In this document: positions 50,981 to 63,354 of the stretch, piece by piece
How the letters are laid out: every line of letters starts with the position of its first letter
Position numbering within the stretch: position 1 is the first letter of the stretch
Source of the DNA: Chiloscyllium plagiosum
Taxonomy: Eukaryota
Assembly (NCBI RefSeq): GCF_004010195.1
Contig: NC_057714.1
Span: forward strand, 46,550,558 to 46,614,557
DNA length: 64,000 nt
Direction: 5' to 3'
Made by a program: the position numbers and the translations under genes
The notes under the pieces: model-generated
Seen by the model: only the letters and a program-made list of their open reading frames with translations
The model's database searches: none
Told to the model about the DNA's origin: nothing

Positions 50981-52581
50981 GTGATATTCCTCAATGGAAC
51001 AACCGTCTGTCTTTTAAAATCTACCAAAGTATGCCCATTCCTCAATGGCATTTAATACACCATCATTCTTCTCAATTTATATCCATTAGCTTAATAGAAG
51101 CACTAAACATACCTTGTTTTTCACCTGAAGGCCTTTAATCTGATAAAATATTTTGCATCTGTGCATACTCTTGTTAGGAAGCTACAGTGCCAAAGGCACA
51201 CCTTGCTTTTTTCCATTTCAGTTGGGTATATCTCATGTTTATGCATCTACCTCACGTTTCTATAAATAAGGTAGAAATTCAGAGAACATCAATGGGAAAT
51301 CATTTGCTGAGAATTGACAGTTGATTTTAACTATTGATCACAAAATTAACTCAAGTTACAATCCTCTATCTGAAAAAGAATCACTTTCCAATCTTTACCA
51401 CATTTTTAAAATCATCAATTCACATACATGTCAGCTGTCCTCAATGAAACATATACCTGTTAACATACATGGTGAAGACGAGCCTGCTTTCATAGTTCAG
51501 AATTGTTACAGCAGAAAAGAAGGCCAATCAGCTCATCATGTCTGTGACACCTTTCCAGAGCTGTAATTTACATGGAGACATTCCCCTCCCAGTACAGCTG
51601 CACATTCTTTCTTCTGAGGTAAAAATTTAATTCCCATGTGAATGCCTCAATTAACTCTGCCTCCACCACACTACATTCATGACTGTAAACATTCAATACA
51701 TGATAAACCCTTTCTTCTTGTCATCATTGCTTCTTTTGTTAATTAAATCTATGTCCCCTTGTTCTCAACCTTTCTACAAATGGGAATAGTTTTTTCCCTG
51801 TACAATATGTCCTGATCCCTCAGAATTTTGAACATCACTGTCAAATCTCCTCCCAACCTATCTTCACCAAGAAAAGTGGTTCCAACTTCTGCAGTTTTCT
51901 ACATAGTTGAAGCTTATCATTTCCAAAACCATTCTTGTGAATCTTTTTACCGAAGCTGTAATGCCTTACCATCTTCCTTAATGTGTGGCAAGCAAAACTG
52001 GATACTCTACTCCAACAAAAGCCAAATCAATGCTCTATTTAATTTTATCTATACATTTTATTAACCATGCTGTCAAACTGTCCTGCCACCTATAGTGAAT
52101 CATGCTTATGTACTTCTGAATCCCTGGCTGTCCAGCATGTTTTAGATTTGTACCCTTTATTTTACATTGTACATTTCATTCATACATTTTATATTTCATT
52201 CTTCATGTTAAAGTGAATTACACTGCACTTCTCTGAATTTTTCTCTGTTATTTCTATCCCATTCTATTGATTTGTCTATGCCTTTTCAGATTTGACAATA
52301 TCATCTTCACAGTTCACAATGATTCAAGTTACATTTCATCTCCAAACTTGGAAATGATATTCTGCATATCAAGGTCTGGGTCATTAATTTATATCAAGAA
52401 GAGCTGGTCTCAACACCAATACCTGTGGTATTCCAATACAAATCTTCCTATGGTCTGAAAAGGTTATCCATGGCTCACTGTTTTCTGTTATTTGGTCAAC
52501 TTTCTATCCATATTGCTAATAACATGTTTGTTCCAAGAGCTATCACTCAGTCCACAAATCTGCTGAACGGCACTTTATCAA

Positions 52582-52898
52582 TGGGGGTGGCACAGTGGCT
52601 CAGTGGTTAGCACTGCTGCCACACAGCACCAAGGACCCGGGTTCAATTCCAGCCTCGGGTGACTGTGTGGAGTTTGTACGTTCTCCCTGTGGCTGTCTGG
52701 GTTTCCTCTGGGTGCTCTGGTTTCCTCCCACAGTCAAAAGATGTGCAGGTCAGGTGAATTGACCATGCCAAATTGCCCATAGTGTTAGGTGCGTTAGTAA
52801 GAGGGAAATGGGTCTGGGTGGGTTATTCTTCAGAGAGTCGGTGTGGACTTGTTAGGCTGAAGGGCCTGTTTCTGCACTGTAGGGAATTTAATCTAATC
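52582..52898 (+). mobile_element. HE1-type SINE
   Basis: gtggcacagtggctcagtggttagcactgctgcc...gggttcaattcc head with A and B boxes, core, and taatctaatc tail. Confidence 0.87.
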
Positions 52899-53031
52899 TT
52901 ATCAAATGCCTTATGGAAGTCCACTTACACCACATCAATGGCATTATCTCATCAGAAACACTTCATCAAGTTACTGATTTGTTCTGAACAAATTTGTGCT
53001 GGCTTTCCTTAACTAATCTGTTTTTTATCCA

Positions 53032-53520
53032 TGATGTGGAGGTGCCAGTGTTGCACTGGGGTGGACAAAGTTAAAAATCACACAACACTAGGTTATAGTC
53101 CAACAGGTTTATTTGGAAGTACGAGCTTTCGGAGCGCTGCTCCTTCGTAAGGTAGCTAGTGGGGCAGGATCATAGGACACAGAATGAATAGTAAAAGATC
53201 AAAGTATCATACAACTGATGCAATGTATTGAACAAACCTGGATTGCCGTTAAGTCTTTAATTAGTTAGAATAAGATTGCAGGTTTCGATTCATTAGTAAG
53301 TAAATTTTAAAACTAAACCTGCGATCCCATTCTAAGTGATTAAAAACTTAAAAGCAAACTAGATTTGCTCAATACATTACATCAGTTGTATGACATTTTG
53401 ATCTCTTACTATAAACGTGTTCTATGATCCTGCCCCGCTAACTACCTGACGAAGGAGTAACACTCCAAAAGCTTGGTACTTCCAAATAAACCTGTTGGAG
53501 TATAACCTGGTGTCGTGTGC
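53032..53520. mobile_element. Long fold-back element, second hammerhead-bearing Penelope-type repeat family
   Basis: Imperfect inverted arms of about 210 bp (about 53075-53287 and 53315-53520); TSD ttttatcca at 53023-53031 and 53521-53529. Confidence 0.75.
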
Positions 53521-56500
53521 TTTTATCCAAACATTTACAATAAATTTACAGATATCCAGTTGTTCCACATAGGTGCCAAGAACACAGATTAAACCAGAAA
53601 GAGATTCTGCTGAGGGAGTATGGGCTGTTTGGTGCTAAGTTAAAAAGCAGATCCTCAAATCTCTGGCTAATTACCTTAGCCACGAGTAAAATGGTCTGGG
53701 GTAAATAAGATTTAAGAGCTGAATATGTGACACAAACATTAGTGTTGGAGAAATGAGTTTGATTAATGGGCACTGGCACCAGCACTTAGGAAAGCAGAAT
53801 GTATTTCATTAGAATGGTCTTTACCTGAACCGTGCTGGGAACAGTGTTCTTTCAAGTGATATAACTAGGGTGAGAAGTGAGCTTTTATCTTAATAGTGGA
53901 GGAGAAGAGTCAAATAAAAGAAGATCTAATAAGTGAAAGTGAGAGGACAAGGCAAGAAATCAAGGTAGCAATAAGAGTAACGATTATCAGAATGGGGGGG
54001 CAAGTGACAGAGTATACAAACATAACAATATGCCAGGAGATAAGGCCAGAGATTGCAAAAATAGTAAAAGTAATGGTTCTGTTTTGCAATATGTGTAGTA
54101 TTTCTTATAAAATAGATGAGTTATCAGCCCAATTGTCCAACATTCACAATGATATATCATAGTGAGAGTCGAACATAGTTCTAAAGACCATGATGTAGAC
54201 TCAATTTAGGTAGAGATACAAATAGCAAAGATAAGAAACGTATGTTATTTATAGTTCCCTGCACAGTAATTTTGGATGAGGTGATTTGTCAGGGGAGTGG
54301 TGAGAAAGGTACAGAAATAATCGTGGGTGGTTTTAATCTATATGTAGATTAGATGTCTCAGATTGGCAAAGATAGCCTGGAAGATGGGTTCATAGAATAT
54401 TTTCAGAAACAGCACATTCAAGACCCACCTAGACAGCAGGCTATTCTAGACCTGATAATTTGTTGCAAAACAGGGTTAATTGATGACTTCATAGTGAAGG
54501 ATCATCTAGGTAGCAACAATCAAATTTGAACTTCTCATATTGTCTTAGAAAGAGAAGGCTAGGTCTGAGACTAACTCTTTAATTGTAAGTAATAGCAATT
54601 GTATGGCTATGAAAACAGAGATGGAGTAATAGAGTCATACAGTTACAGAAACAGAACCTTAGAAAAGGAAACATCAAATGTGGCTAAATATGGAAATTGA
54701 ACATTGTATTAAATTGAAAGAAAATTTTGAATAACAGGCAAGAAGAGAGGACAGAATATAAAAACCAGCAAAGAATAATTAACAAAACAAATGAATAAAT
54801 TAAAGCATGAGAGAAAGTTAGCTAGAAATATAAAATTGGTATTAATAATTTCTAAGCACTTAGAAAGTAAAAGAGTAACTAAAATAAATATTTGTCTTTT
54901 AAAGTGAGAATCTTGAGATTAGTAGTAATAAAGAACAAAATATAGGATAAATTGAAAGGTATATTGATCATAAGACCATAAGATGTAGGTACAGAACTCA
55001 GCCATTCAGCCCATCGAGTTTGCTCTGACATTCAATGAATTTGACTGATCTGAGAATCCTCAACTCCACTTTTCTGTCTTTTCCTCATAACCCGTTTCCC
55101 TTGCTGGTTAAAAATCTACCTATCTCAGCCTTGAATATGCTTAATGACGCAGCCCCAATGGCTGTGGGTTAAAAAAAATCCATAGATTCACTCTTCAATT
55201 CAGATTCAATCCTCTCATCTCTGTGTTAAATATGCGATTCCTTATTCTGAGACAACGCCCTCTGGTCCTAGAACTGCCACATTGGTAAAAAACATTTTTG
55301 CTTCTATCCTATCAAGTCCCCTATATTTTGTGTCTTCCTTCACTATGGAAGTTACAAATAACAACTCAGAAATAATTGCAAATCTAAAGGGACTGAAAAA
55401 CTTAAAACAACTAAAGTCACCAAGGAAAATGTACTGACAAACCTATTAGAACAAGTCTCAAGATCATGATATATTTCAACTGGAGTCTTAAAAGAAGTGG
55501 CTGCTTAATAGTAGATGTATTGGTTTTAATTTTAGGAATCTCCATAGATTCTGGAAAGATTCCATTCAAAAATGATGAATGTAACTCCTCTACTCAAGAA
55601 AGGAGGGAGACGGAAAGTAAGAAACTACGAGCCAGTTGACATCTCATAGGGAAAGTGCTGAAATCGATCACTAAGGATGTTATATCAGGACACTTAGAAA
55701 CTCTCAAAATAATCAGGTAAAGTTGACATAGCTTTGTGATTTCATTTTCAGGTTGAAAACAATTAGGCACACGAATGCCACAGGAATTTCTGCTGGACCT
55801 CAACTATTTACAGTTGAAAAGTATGGTGAAGGAAAAGCATAGCACAGCACCACATTTTTTGACTCTGATCTCCAGCATCTGCAATCATCCCTTTTTCAAC
55901 TATTTGCAATCGATGTAAATGACTTGTATGAAGCGATCAAATATTGGGTAGCTAAATTTGCTCATGATACAAAGATAGGAAAGTAAGTTATGAAGAGAAT
56001 ATAATGATGAAAAGGACATTATATGAGCAAAAATATTGGCACATGCAGTAATGCATCCAAAAGTATGAACTTGTCCTCTTTGAATAGGAAAGCAGCATAT
56101 TATTTATATGAAGAGATATTACAGAATTCTTCAGTACAGAGAAATCGGAGTACTCTAATCAAAATATTAGCACACAGATACAGCAAATCAAGAGGAAGTC
56201 AAATGGAATTTGTTTTTTATTCGTTCAGGGATGACTGGGTCAGCATTTATGGTCCACCCGTAATTCCACTTGATATGTTGATGTTGTGCTGTCTTCTTGA
56301 ATAATTGTAGTTCTGGACATTGGAAATACCCATAGTGCTATTAGGGAGTGCCAGGGTTTTAACTCAGTGACTGACAAAACACTGACAAAGAGCTATGTGA
56401 AGATTTGTGTGCTTTGAGGGGGAGTTTGTAGACTGTAATACCCCCATGCATTTTCTATTCTTGTCCTTCTAGATGATAGAGATCACCTTTTTTTGTTTAT

Positions 56501-56746
56501 TGCAAAGAGAATGTGAGATAACAGAGAGGTGGTCTTTCTACTGTTGTGTAGGGTACTACGGAGATCATATTCAGAGTACTCTTACAATTTTAGTCTCCTT
56601 ATTTAAGATAGGAGATCATTGCACTGTTAGTAGAGAAAATTCACTCAGCTGATTCTTGATATGAAGGAAAATTGAAGAAAGTTGGACATTTTGAAGTTCA
56701 GAAGAATTAGAGGTGATTTTATTGAAATCTTAGATTCTGAAGGGAC

Positions 56747-57002
56747 TTAGATTAGATTACATACAGTGTGGAAACAGGCCCTTCGGCCCAACAAATCCAC
56801 AAAAACAAACCCACTCAGTCCCATTCCCCTATGTTTACTCTTCACTAATGCACCTAGTACTACGGGCAATTTAGCACATCTTTGGACTGTGGGAGGAAAC
56901 TGGAGCACCCAGATGAAACCCACACAGACAGTTGCCCGAGGTGGGAACTGAACCCAGGTCCCTGGCACTGTGAGGCAGCAGTGCTATCCACTGAGCCAAT
57001 GT
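56747..57002 (-). mobile_element. HE1-type SINE with internal deletions
   Basis: ttagattagattac tail and tRNA-like head. Confidence 0.78.
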
Positions 57003-57404
57003 GACTTGACATAATGAATCTTAAAAAGATATTTCCCTTTATGGGACAAAGTTAGGAAACACCCCTTAAAATAAGGGGTGACCCATTTATAAGTTTGACG
57101 AGGATTTTTTTTCTCTCAAGTCATTAGTCTGTGAAATTCTCTTCCCCACAGAAGTGTGGAGCCAGGGTCATCCATTACCTTTCAGAAAAAGGTTTTTGAT
57201 TAACGAGGGAGACAAAGGGTAGACAGGAAAATGGGATTGAAGTTAAAAACTGGATGAGACACGAAGTAAAAACAAAATACTGTGATGCTAGAGGTCTGAA
57301 ATTTAAAAAAATAAAAAATGGTGGAGAACTTCAGTAGGTCTGGCAGCATCTATGTAGATAGAGTTAACATCTTTAGCCCAAAGTAACTTAAGAGCAGTAC
57401 TGTA

Positions 57405-57860
57405 GCTAGTGGCTAGCACTACTGCTTCACAGCACCAGGGACCCAGGTTCAATTCCAGCCTCGGGCAACTGTCTGTGTGGAATTTGCACATTCTTCCTGT
57501 GTCTCCAAAGATGTGCAGGTTAGGTGAATTGTCTGTGGTGTTCAAGGATAAAGTTAAAAATCACACAACACCAGGTTATAGTCCAACAGGTTTAATTGGA
57601 AGCACACTAGCTTTTGGAGCGTCACTCCTTCATCAGGTGAACCTGTTAGACTATAACCTGGTGTTGTGTGATTTTTAACTTTGTACACCCCAGTCCAACA
57701 CCGGCATCTCCAAATTGTGTTCAGGGATGTTAGATGCATTAGTCAGAGATAAATATAGAGTAATAGGGGAATGGGTCTGTGTGGGATACTCTTTGGAGAT
57801 TGGTGTGGGCTTGCAGGGCTAAAGGGCTTGTTTTCACAATGTAGGGTTTCTATTCAATTT
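57405..57860 (+). mobile_element. HE1-type SINE split by the fold-back insertion
   Basis: Head at about 57405-57470; the body resumes after 57717. Confidence 0.75.
57550..57716. mobile_element. Short fold-back element (same family as 53032-53520) nested in an HE1 SINE
   Basis: 43-bp inverted arms flank a hammerhead-like core; TSD gtgttca(a/g)ggat at 57538-57549 and 57717-57728. Confidence 0.78.
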
Positions 57861-58139
57861 AAAAAAACTGATCTCCAGTGGGACAAAATCCTGGAATTCC
57901 TTTTCCAACAGCATTGTGGGTGTACCCAGTGGTTCAAAGAAGGCAGCTCATCACCACCTCAATCAGGATAAGCAAAAAATGTTGACTGAAGCCACATCAC
58001 GTGATTATTAAATGAAATCCACAAAAATACACAATTGGTGCCTTACATCGGACAGATCAGGAGACTGTCATACTTGCTGCACTTACAGCCCGAATGTAAC
58101 AATAAACTATTCACCAAGTCAAGCAGCGAACAATGAAAA

Positions 58140-58430
58140 CAGACCACACAGGCACTATTTTGATAGCAATGATCTGATTGGCTGTACTATCTAGCAGAGT
58201 ACCAAACCCAATCTTATTGTGCTTCATACCGCCCCTGTTGGACTGGCTCTGGGACTGCACCCACCAACCCCAAAACGAGTGTGTACGCGCTGACGCCAGG
58301 GCGAGGCCGATCATCTATGCTCGTTGCGTCATAAATCACATGTTTTTGAGGCCCGCCCACGCTTCCTGTGACGTCTTCGCTGCTGGGTCGGGTCTGTATT
58401 TTTTATTTTGTCGCCGTTGCTGCCGCCGCC
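58140..58430 (+). promoter_or_regulatory. CpG-rich CHMP5 promoter and 5' UTR
   Basis: Local CpG enrichment against a CpG-poor background. Inverted CCAAT (ctgattggct), GC boxes (ccgccc), CRE-like tgacgcca, tgcgtca and tgacgtct, and ETS-like cttcctg just upstream of the ATG. Confidence 0.7.
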
Positions 58431-58499
58431 ATGAACCGACTGTTCGGACGGGCCAAGCCTAAAGTTCCACCGCCCAACCTGACGGATTGTATCGGGAAT
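58431..58499 (+). CDS. CHMP5: Charged multivesicular body protein 5 (ESCRT-III associated), coding exon 1; remaining exons not seen in the window
   Basis: Kozak gccgccgccATG. [23 protein letters not shown] closely matches the vertebrate CHMP5 N-terminus ([23 protein letters not shown]). Donor |gtgagt is phase 0. Confidence 0.93.
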
Positions 58500-58729
58500 G
58501 TGAGTGATGGGAAAGCAGCCCCAGGGGCAGGTAGAGAGGCCGGGTCCTGAGCCAGGGACTGGGGTAAATGCGGAGGCCGGGACCGGGCTGTGTTGGGGGG
58601 GGTCAGGCCCGGTTAGGGGCAGAGTCCTGTGGCCCGGGGGGAGAGAGAATGGCTGAGGACAGTCAGTTGTCAGGGTGTTTCCTCAAGGGAGTGAAGATTT
58701 GGGACATCCTTCACGGAGCCGGTGTCTCC

Positions 58730-58905
58730 CAGCCACTTTGGAAGTGTGACTGTCCTCAGCAATGATCCCACTGACGGGAGAAGGAAATAAGTGTCAACAA
58801 TCTCCTGAATGTAGGTGTTGGCTGGGACACCGGCGATAACAAACTCTGCACCTCTCTGAAACAGTGCCATGGGATCCTTCACATCCACCTGAGGCCTCTG
58901 CTTCA
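58730..58905 (-). mobile_element. Deu-domain SINE remnant (SacSINE1/AmnSINE1 superfamily)
   Basis: Minus strand ctcaggtggatgtgaaggatcccatggcactgtttcagaga...ccggtgtcccagccaa matches the Deu-domain core as I recall it. Confidence 0.65.
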
Positions 58906-59469
58906 GCCATGTCAGCATCACAAATACCCACATCCCAACACCATTTATGTGACTAGTCGTACGAGTCCTGCTGAAAAGGTTGTCCCCGTTTCTGAAATCA
59001 TTTAAATTGAAATTGTCGAAAGATGAGCCTTGCTGATTTTTTCAGCTGATGGGGCTGTGGATATTTCCTTTAGCTTGTTTTGCTGTGAGATTTTCTAGGG
59101 GGTGGTGTGCGGAGAGGTTCAGGGGCAGAGATTGTTGACCCACTGTCTGGGAAACAAATGGCCTTTGCACGTTGTGTGGCTTATTGTTTTGTTATTGCCA
59201 GAGGGCACCAGGTACTTGTCAATTCCCACCACTCCATTCTGCCAAAACCTTGGACCGTCATCCTTCAGTGTTGTTTCAGTATTGTGCTGGAATGTTCACT
59301 TAGGCTTAGAGGTTTTGGAGAAAGTGAGATGAATATTTAGAGCAGTGCTAAAATATCAGAAACAAAACTATACTCCTGACCACAGTCATTGGTAAGATCT
59401 TATTGTCCATTATTAAGCATGAGATTCTCAAGTACTTGAGTGCATGGTAAATTAGGGCTGTCAGTGTGG

Positions 59470-60690
59470 CTTTGTCAAGGGCAGTCATTCCTTACAAATC
59501 TGTTTGCATTCTTTGATGAGGTAATGAGCAAGCTAAACAAAGGCGCCAGTGGATGTGATCTATCTGAATTTTCAAAAGGTGCTGCACAGGAGGCTGCTAA
59601 ATAAAATAAGAACCCATTAGAGGCAAGATCCTGGCATAGATAGACAATTGATTGACTGGCAGAGAATTGAGGTAAGGGGGTCTTTTTTAGGATGGCAGCA
59701 GCTGACAAGTGGAGTACAGGCCTTAGTGTTGGGATGACAACTATTCACATTATACATTAACAATCTGGATAAAGGGTCTGAGGGCATTGATGTTTAGTTT
59801 GCAGATGACACAAAGATGAAGGGACAAGTAATGTTGAGGCAGTGGGAAGGCTGCAGAAAGACTTGTATAGGCTAGGAGAATGGGCAAAGAAATAGCAGAT
59901 GGAATACAATGCAGGAAAGTCTGAGGTTATGCACTTTGTTAGGAAGAATAGTAGTGTGGTCCATTTTCTAAATGGGGATAAGGCTTTGGAAATCTGACGC
60001 ACAAGGGGATTTGGCAGTCCTTGTTCAGGACTATCTGAAGTTTAACATGCAGGTTCATTTGACGGTTAGGAAATCAAATGTAATATTAGCATTCATTTCA
60101 AGAGAGCTAGAATACAAGAGTAGAGATGTACTGCTGAGGCTATATGATGCTCTGGTCAGACTACATTGGAATATTGTGGGCTGTGTTGGGCTCTGTATCT
60201 GAGGAAGGAGATGCTGGGATTGGAGTGGGTCCAGAGGAGATTCAAAAGAATCATCCTGGGGATGAAGGACTTCTCATATGTGGTGCAATTGAGGACTCTG
60301 GGACTGTACTCAATGGAGTTTAGAAGGATGGGGGTCGGGGTTGAGGGGTCTCACTGAAATTTACAGAATACTGAGACCTGGATGCAGCCAACATGGAGAA
60401 GATGTTTCTGTAAGTAGGAGAGACAATGACCCGGGGCAAAGCCTCCGTGAAAGGATGACCCTTTAGAACTGAGATGAGGAATGTTTTTAGCCAGAGGGTA
60501 GTTAATCTGTGGAGGCCAAATCATTGAATGTATTTAAGACTGAGAAAGATGGGTTCTTGATTAGAAAGAGGTTGAAGGGTTATGAGGAGAAGCAAGTAGA
60601 ATAGGGTTCAGAAACGTATCAGCCATGATCCAATGGTGGAGCAAACACAATTGGCTGAATGGTGTAATTCTGCTCCTATATCATGTGGTC
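59470..60690 (+). mobile_element. Degenerate CR1 in CHMP5 intron 1
   Basis: tttgcagatgacacaaag (FADDTK), LEYKSRDVLLRLY and LEWVQRRF; 3' UTR remnant. Confidence 0.8.
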
Positions 60691-60713
60691 ATCTTGGTAT
60701 CAACTGGGAAAAG

Positions 60714-60928
60714 GGTAAAAACAATGACTGCAGATGGTGGAAACCAGATTCTGGATTAGTGGTGCTGAGCACAGCAGTTCAGGCAGCATCCGAGGAGCAA
60801 TAAAATCAACGTTTCGGGCAAAAGCCCTCCTTTTATTCCTGAAGAAGGGCTTTTGCCAGAAACGTCGATTTTACTGCTCCTCGGATGCTGCCTGAACTGC
60901 TGTGCTCTTCCAGCACCATTAATCCAGA
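60714..60928. mobile_element. Fold-back Penelope terminal-repeat mini-element
   Basis: Inverted arms meet at about 60830-60845; 12-bp TSD aactgggaaaag at 60702-60713 and 60929-60940. Confidence 0.8.
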
Positions 60929-61759
60929 AACTGGGAAAAGCATGTCTGAAAAGTCATGCAAAGAAATTGCATAAAATGCAGTAGGAAAGTATGAAAGGAA
61001 TGCAGAATTCCAGAAGTCTTGTGTAATGGAAAGAGGTTTTAAAAGTAAGAGGGTAAGAGGTGAGACCACAAAGTGCTTAACGTGAGGTTGAGAATTTAAA
61101 TTACATTGGATATATTGCACAGAGATGGGCACTCTTCCAAGCCAACACAATAAAATCAGAACTGTGGATCCTGGAGATCTGAAATAAAAGTGCAGTGCTA
61201 TAAAAACTCAAGTCTGGCAGCATCTGTGAAGAGAGAGTTAATTTTGTTTACTTGTTCATGAGGTGTAGGCTTTGCTGGGTAGGCCAGCACTTATTGCCCA
61301 TATCTAATTGCCAAGTTGGATACTAAAAGTCAGCTATGTTGCTGTGGAGGCAAGATTGGGTAAAAATGTCATATTTCGTTTCTCGAGGTCATTAATAAAG
61401 ATGGTGGTCATTTTCTAGATTTTTATTCCAGACAATTATTGAATTGAAATTTCACCATCCATTATGATGGGATTTAAACCTATGACCCAAAAGCATCAGC
61501 CTGGGATTCTAGACTGTTACTCCAATGACCACCTCTCCAACTTCCAATATGACTCTCAGAACTGTCCAGCCACTCCATGCTGACATTTATGCTTCTGTTC
61601 ATCCTTCCTCATCCAGCTCTATATGTATCATTCTATTTCCTTCTATCTCCTGCTTCCCTAGCCTCTCATTAATAATATTTGAAATTAGTATAGATGGATT
61701 TAATGAGTTCCACATTCTCACCACACTTATGAAGCTCAAAAGAAATAGCTTTATCCAAT

Positions 61760-62350
61760 CGATATAGAATCATACAGCACGAACATGGACTCTTCAGTCC
61801 AATCAGTCCATGCTGACCATAATCCCAAACTAAACTCATCACACCTACCTGTGCTTTGCCCATATCTCCAAATATTTCTCATTCATGTACTTATCTAAAT
61901 GTCTTTTAAATGTTGTAACTGTATTCATATCCATCACTTCCTCTGGAAGTTCATTCCACACACAAACCATTGTGTTTTTGAAAAAAAAGCCCCTCCTTTT
62001 TTTTAAATCTTTCTCCTCTCACCTTAAATATGCTCCCCTAGTTTTGAAATCCCCCACCTACCATTCATCTTATCGATACCATTCATTATTTTATAAACCT
62101 CTTTAAGGTCACCTCACAACTTCCTAGGCTCCAGCAGAAAAGTTCCCAGCCTATCCAGCCTGTCCTTATAACTCAAACTCTCCATTCCCTGCAACATCAT
62201 GGTAAATAATTTTTGAACGCTTTCCAGCTTAATATCCTTTCTATAACAAGGGACACCAGAACTAAACACATTAATTGAGAAGAGGCCTCACTAATGTCCT
62301 GTACAGCCTTAACACAACGTCCAATCTTCGATACTCAAATGTCTGAGCAA
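61760..62350 (-). mobile_element. CR1 3' end
   Basis: Tail atagaatcatacagcac and similarity to the other CR1 3' ends. Confidence 0.75.
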
Positions 62351-63354
62351 TGAGCAAAATATCTTGCTGTAATTGATGGCCTCTCATTTTGCTTATCTCC
62401 ACAAGTGGAAACACCCACGTTGTGTCTATTAAATCCCATTATAATATAAACCTGCTTTTGTTACTGAAAGTTGTCTTATTCAAGAGAAAAATTACGCTGT
62501 TTTTTTCCTGAATGTCATAATTTGCATTTTTGACATCATCCTGATAATTTTTTTGAACCTTCTGTCAGCCCACTTAGCTTTTACGTAATATGGTCAACAA
62601 GTTTAGTTAAATGACCTGTATTGCAATTTTTAACATTTTGTGTATTTGTACTGCCAAATAACTTTGTTCCTCTATTACATTCAGAATTTTATTTTCCCAG
62701 CAATATGTGACCTCCATATGTTTCTTGCCAAAATGTAATAGCACTCCATTAATTGGTTAATGAATTTCATTTGTTAAATGAACTGTTCACAATATTATTG
62801 AGACTTTGGGGAGTCCAAAGCAAACATAGGGAGTTAGGGCATGGGCTGAACTTTGCTGCCTGGATTCCAATCTGCACTGAGTTTTGAATTTGATATAGTT
62901 TATGGATGAAGAAGAATGACTAACCAGCTGGTGATCCTCTGGACAAGTGATCCTTCGTATTGAAATTTGTTGTCTGCTACTCTTTGTAATGTCTTACCAG
63001 TGTTTTGTGGTTTTGAGCAACTTTATACTTAAGATAAACTTTATACATAAACAAGGTCTGAAATATAGAAGTAATCTTGCATCATTCATTTGTATTTAGT
63101 AGGCTGTGTTTTCTATGAGTGAAGAAAATTTCAAGTGGATGAAAATGCATTTTGCTAATTTTAAAAGTTTAGCTTAGAATCTACTTAAATGCATTGAGGT
63201 TGAAGTCAATCTGTTTGCATTTCATTGTATTTGTGTGAATGTGTTAACCAAAGCAGAAGAGAACTTCTTGACTCATCAGGAAGAAGGTTAAAAAAGTTTT
63301 TTTTTTGTTGCCTAAGATGCAATAAAGCTCAGTAAACACTCCTATACGTGAGTA

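Noticed and set aside
52582-52660. tRNA-like sequences with A and B boxes
   Set aside because: They are heads of HE1-type SINEs that continue into the SINE body, not tRNA genes.
58111-58314. Minus-strand ORF at the CHMP5 promoter as BAG1 exon 1
   Set aside because: No ubiquitin-like or BAG-domain similarity; it appears to be a chance ORF in GC-richer DNA.
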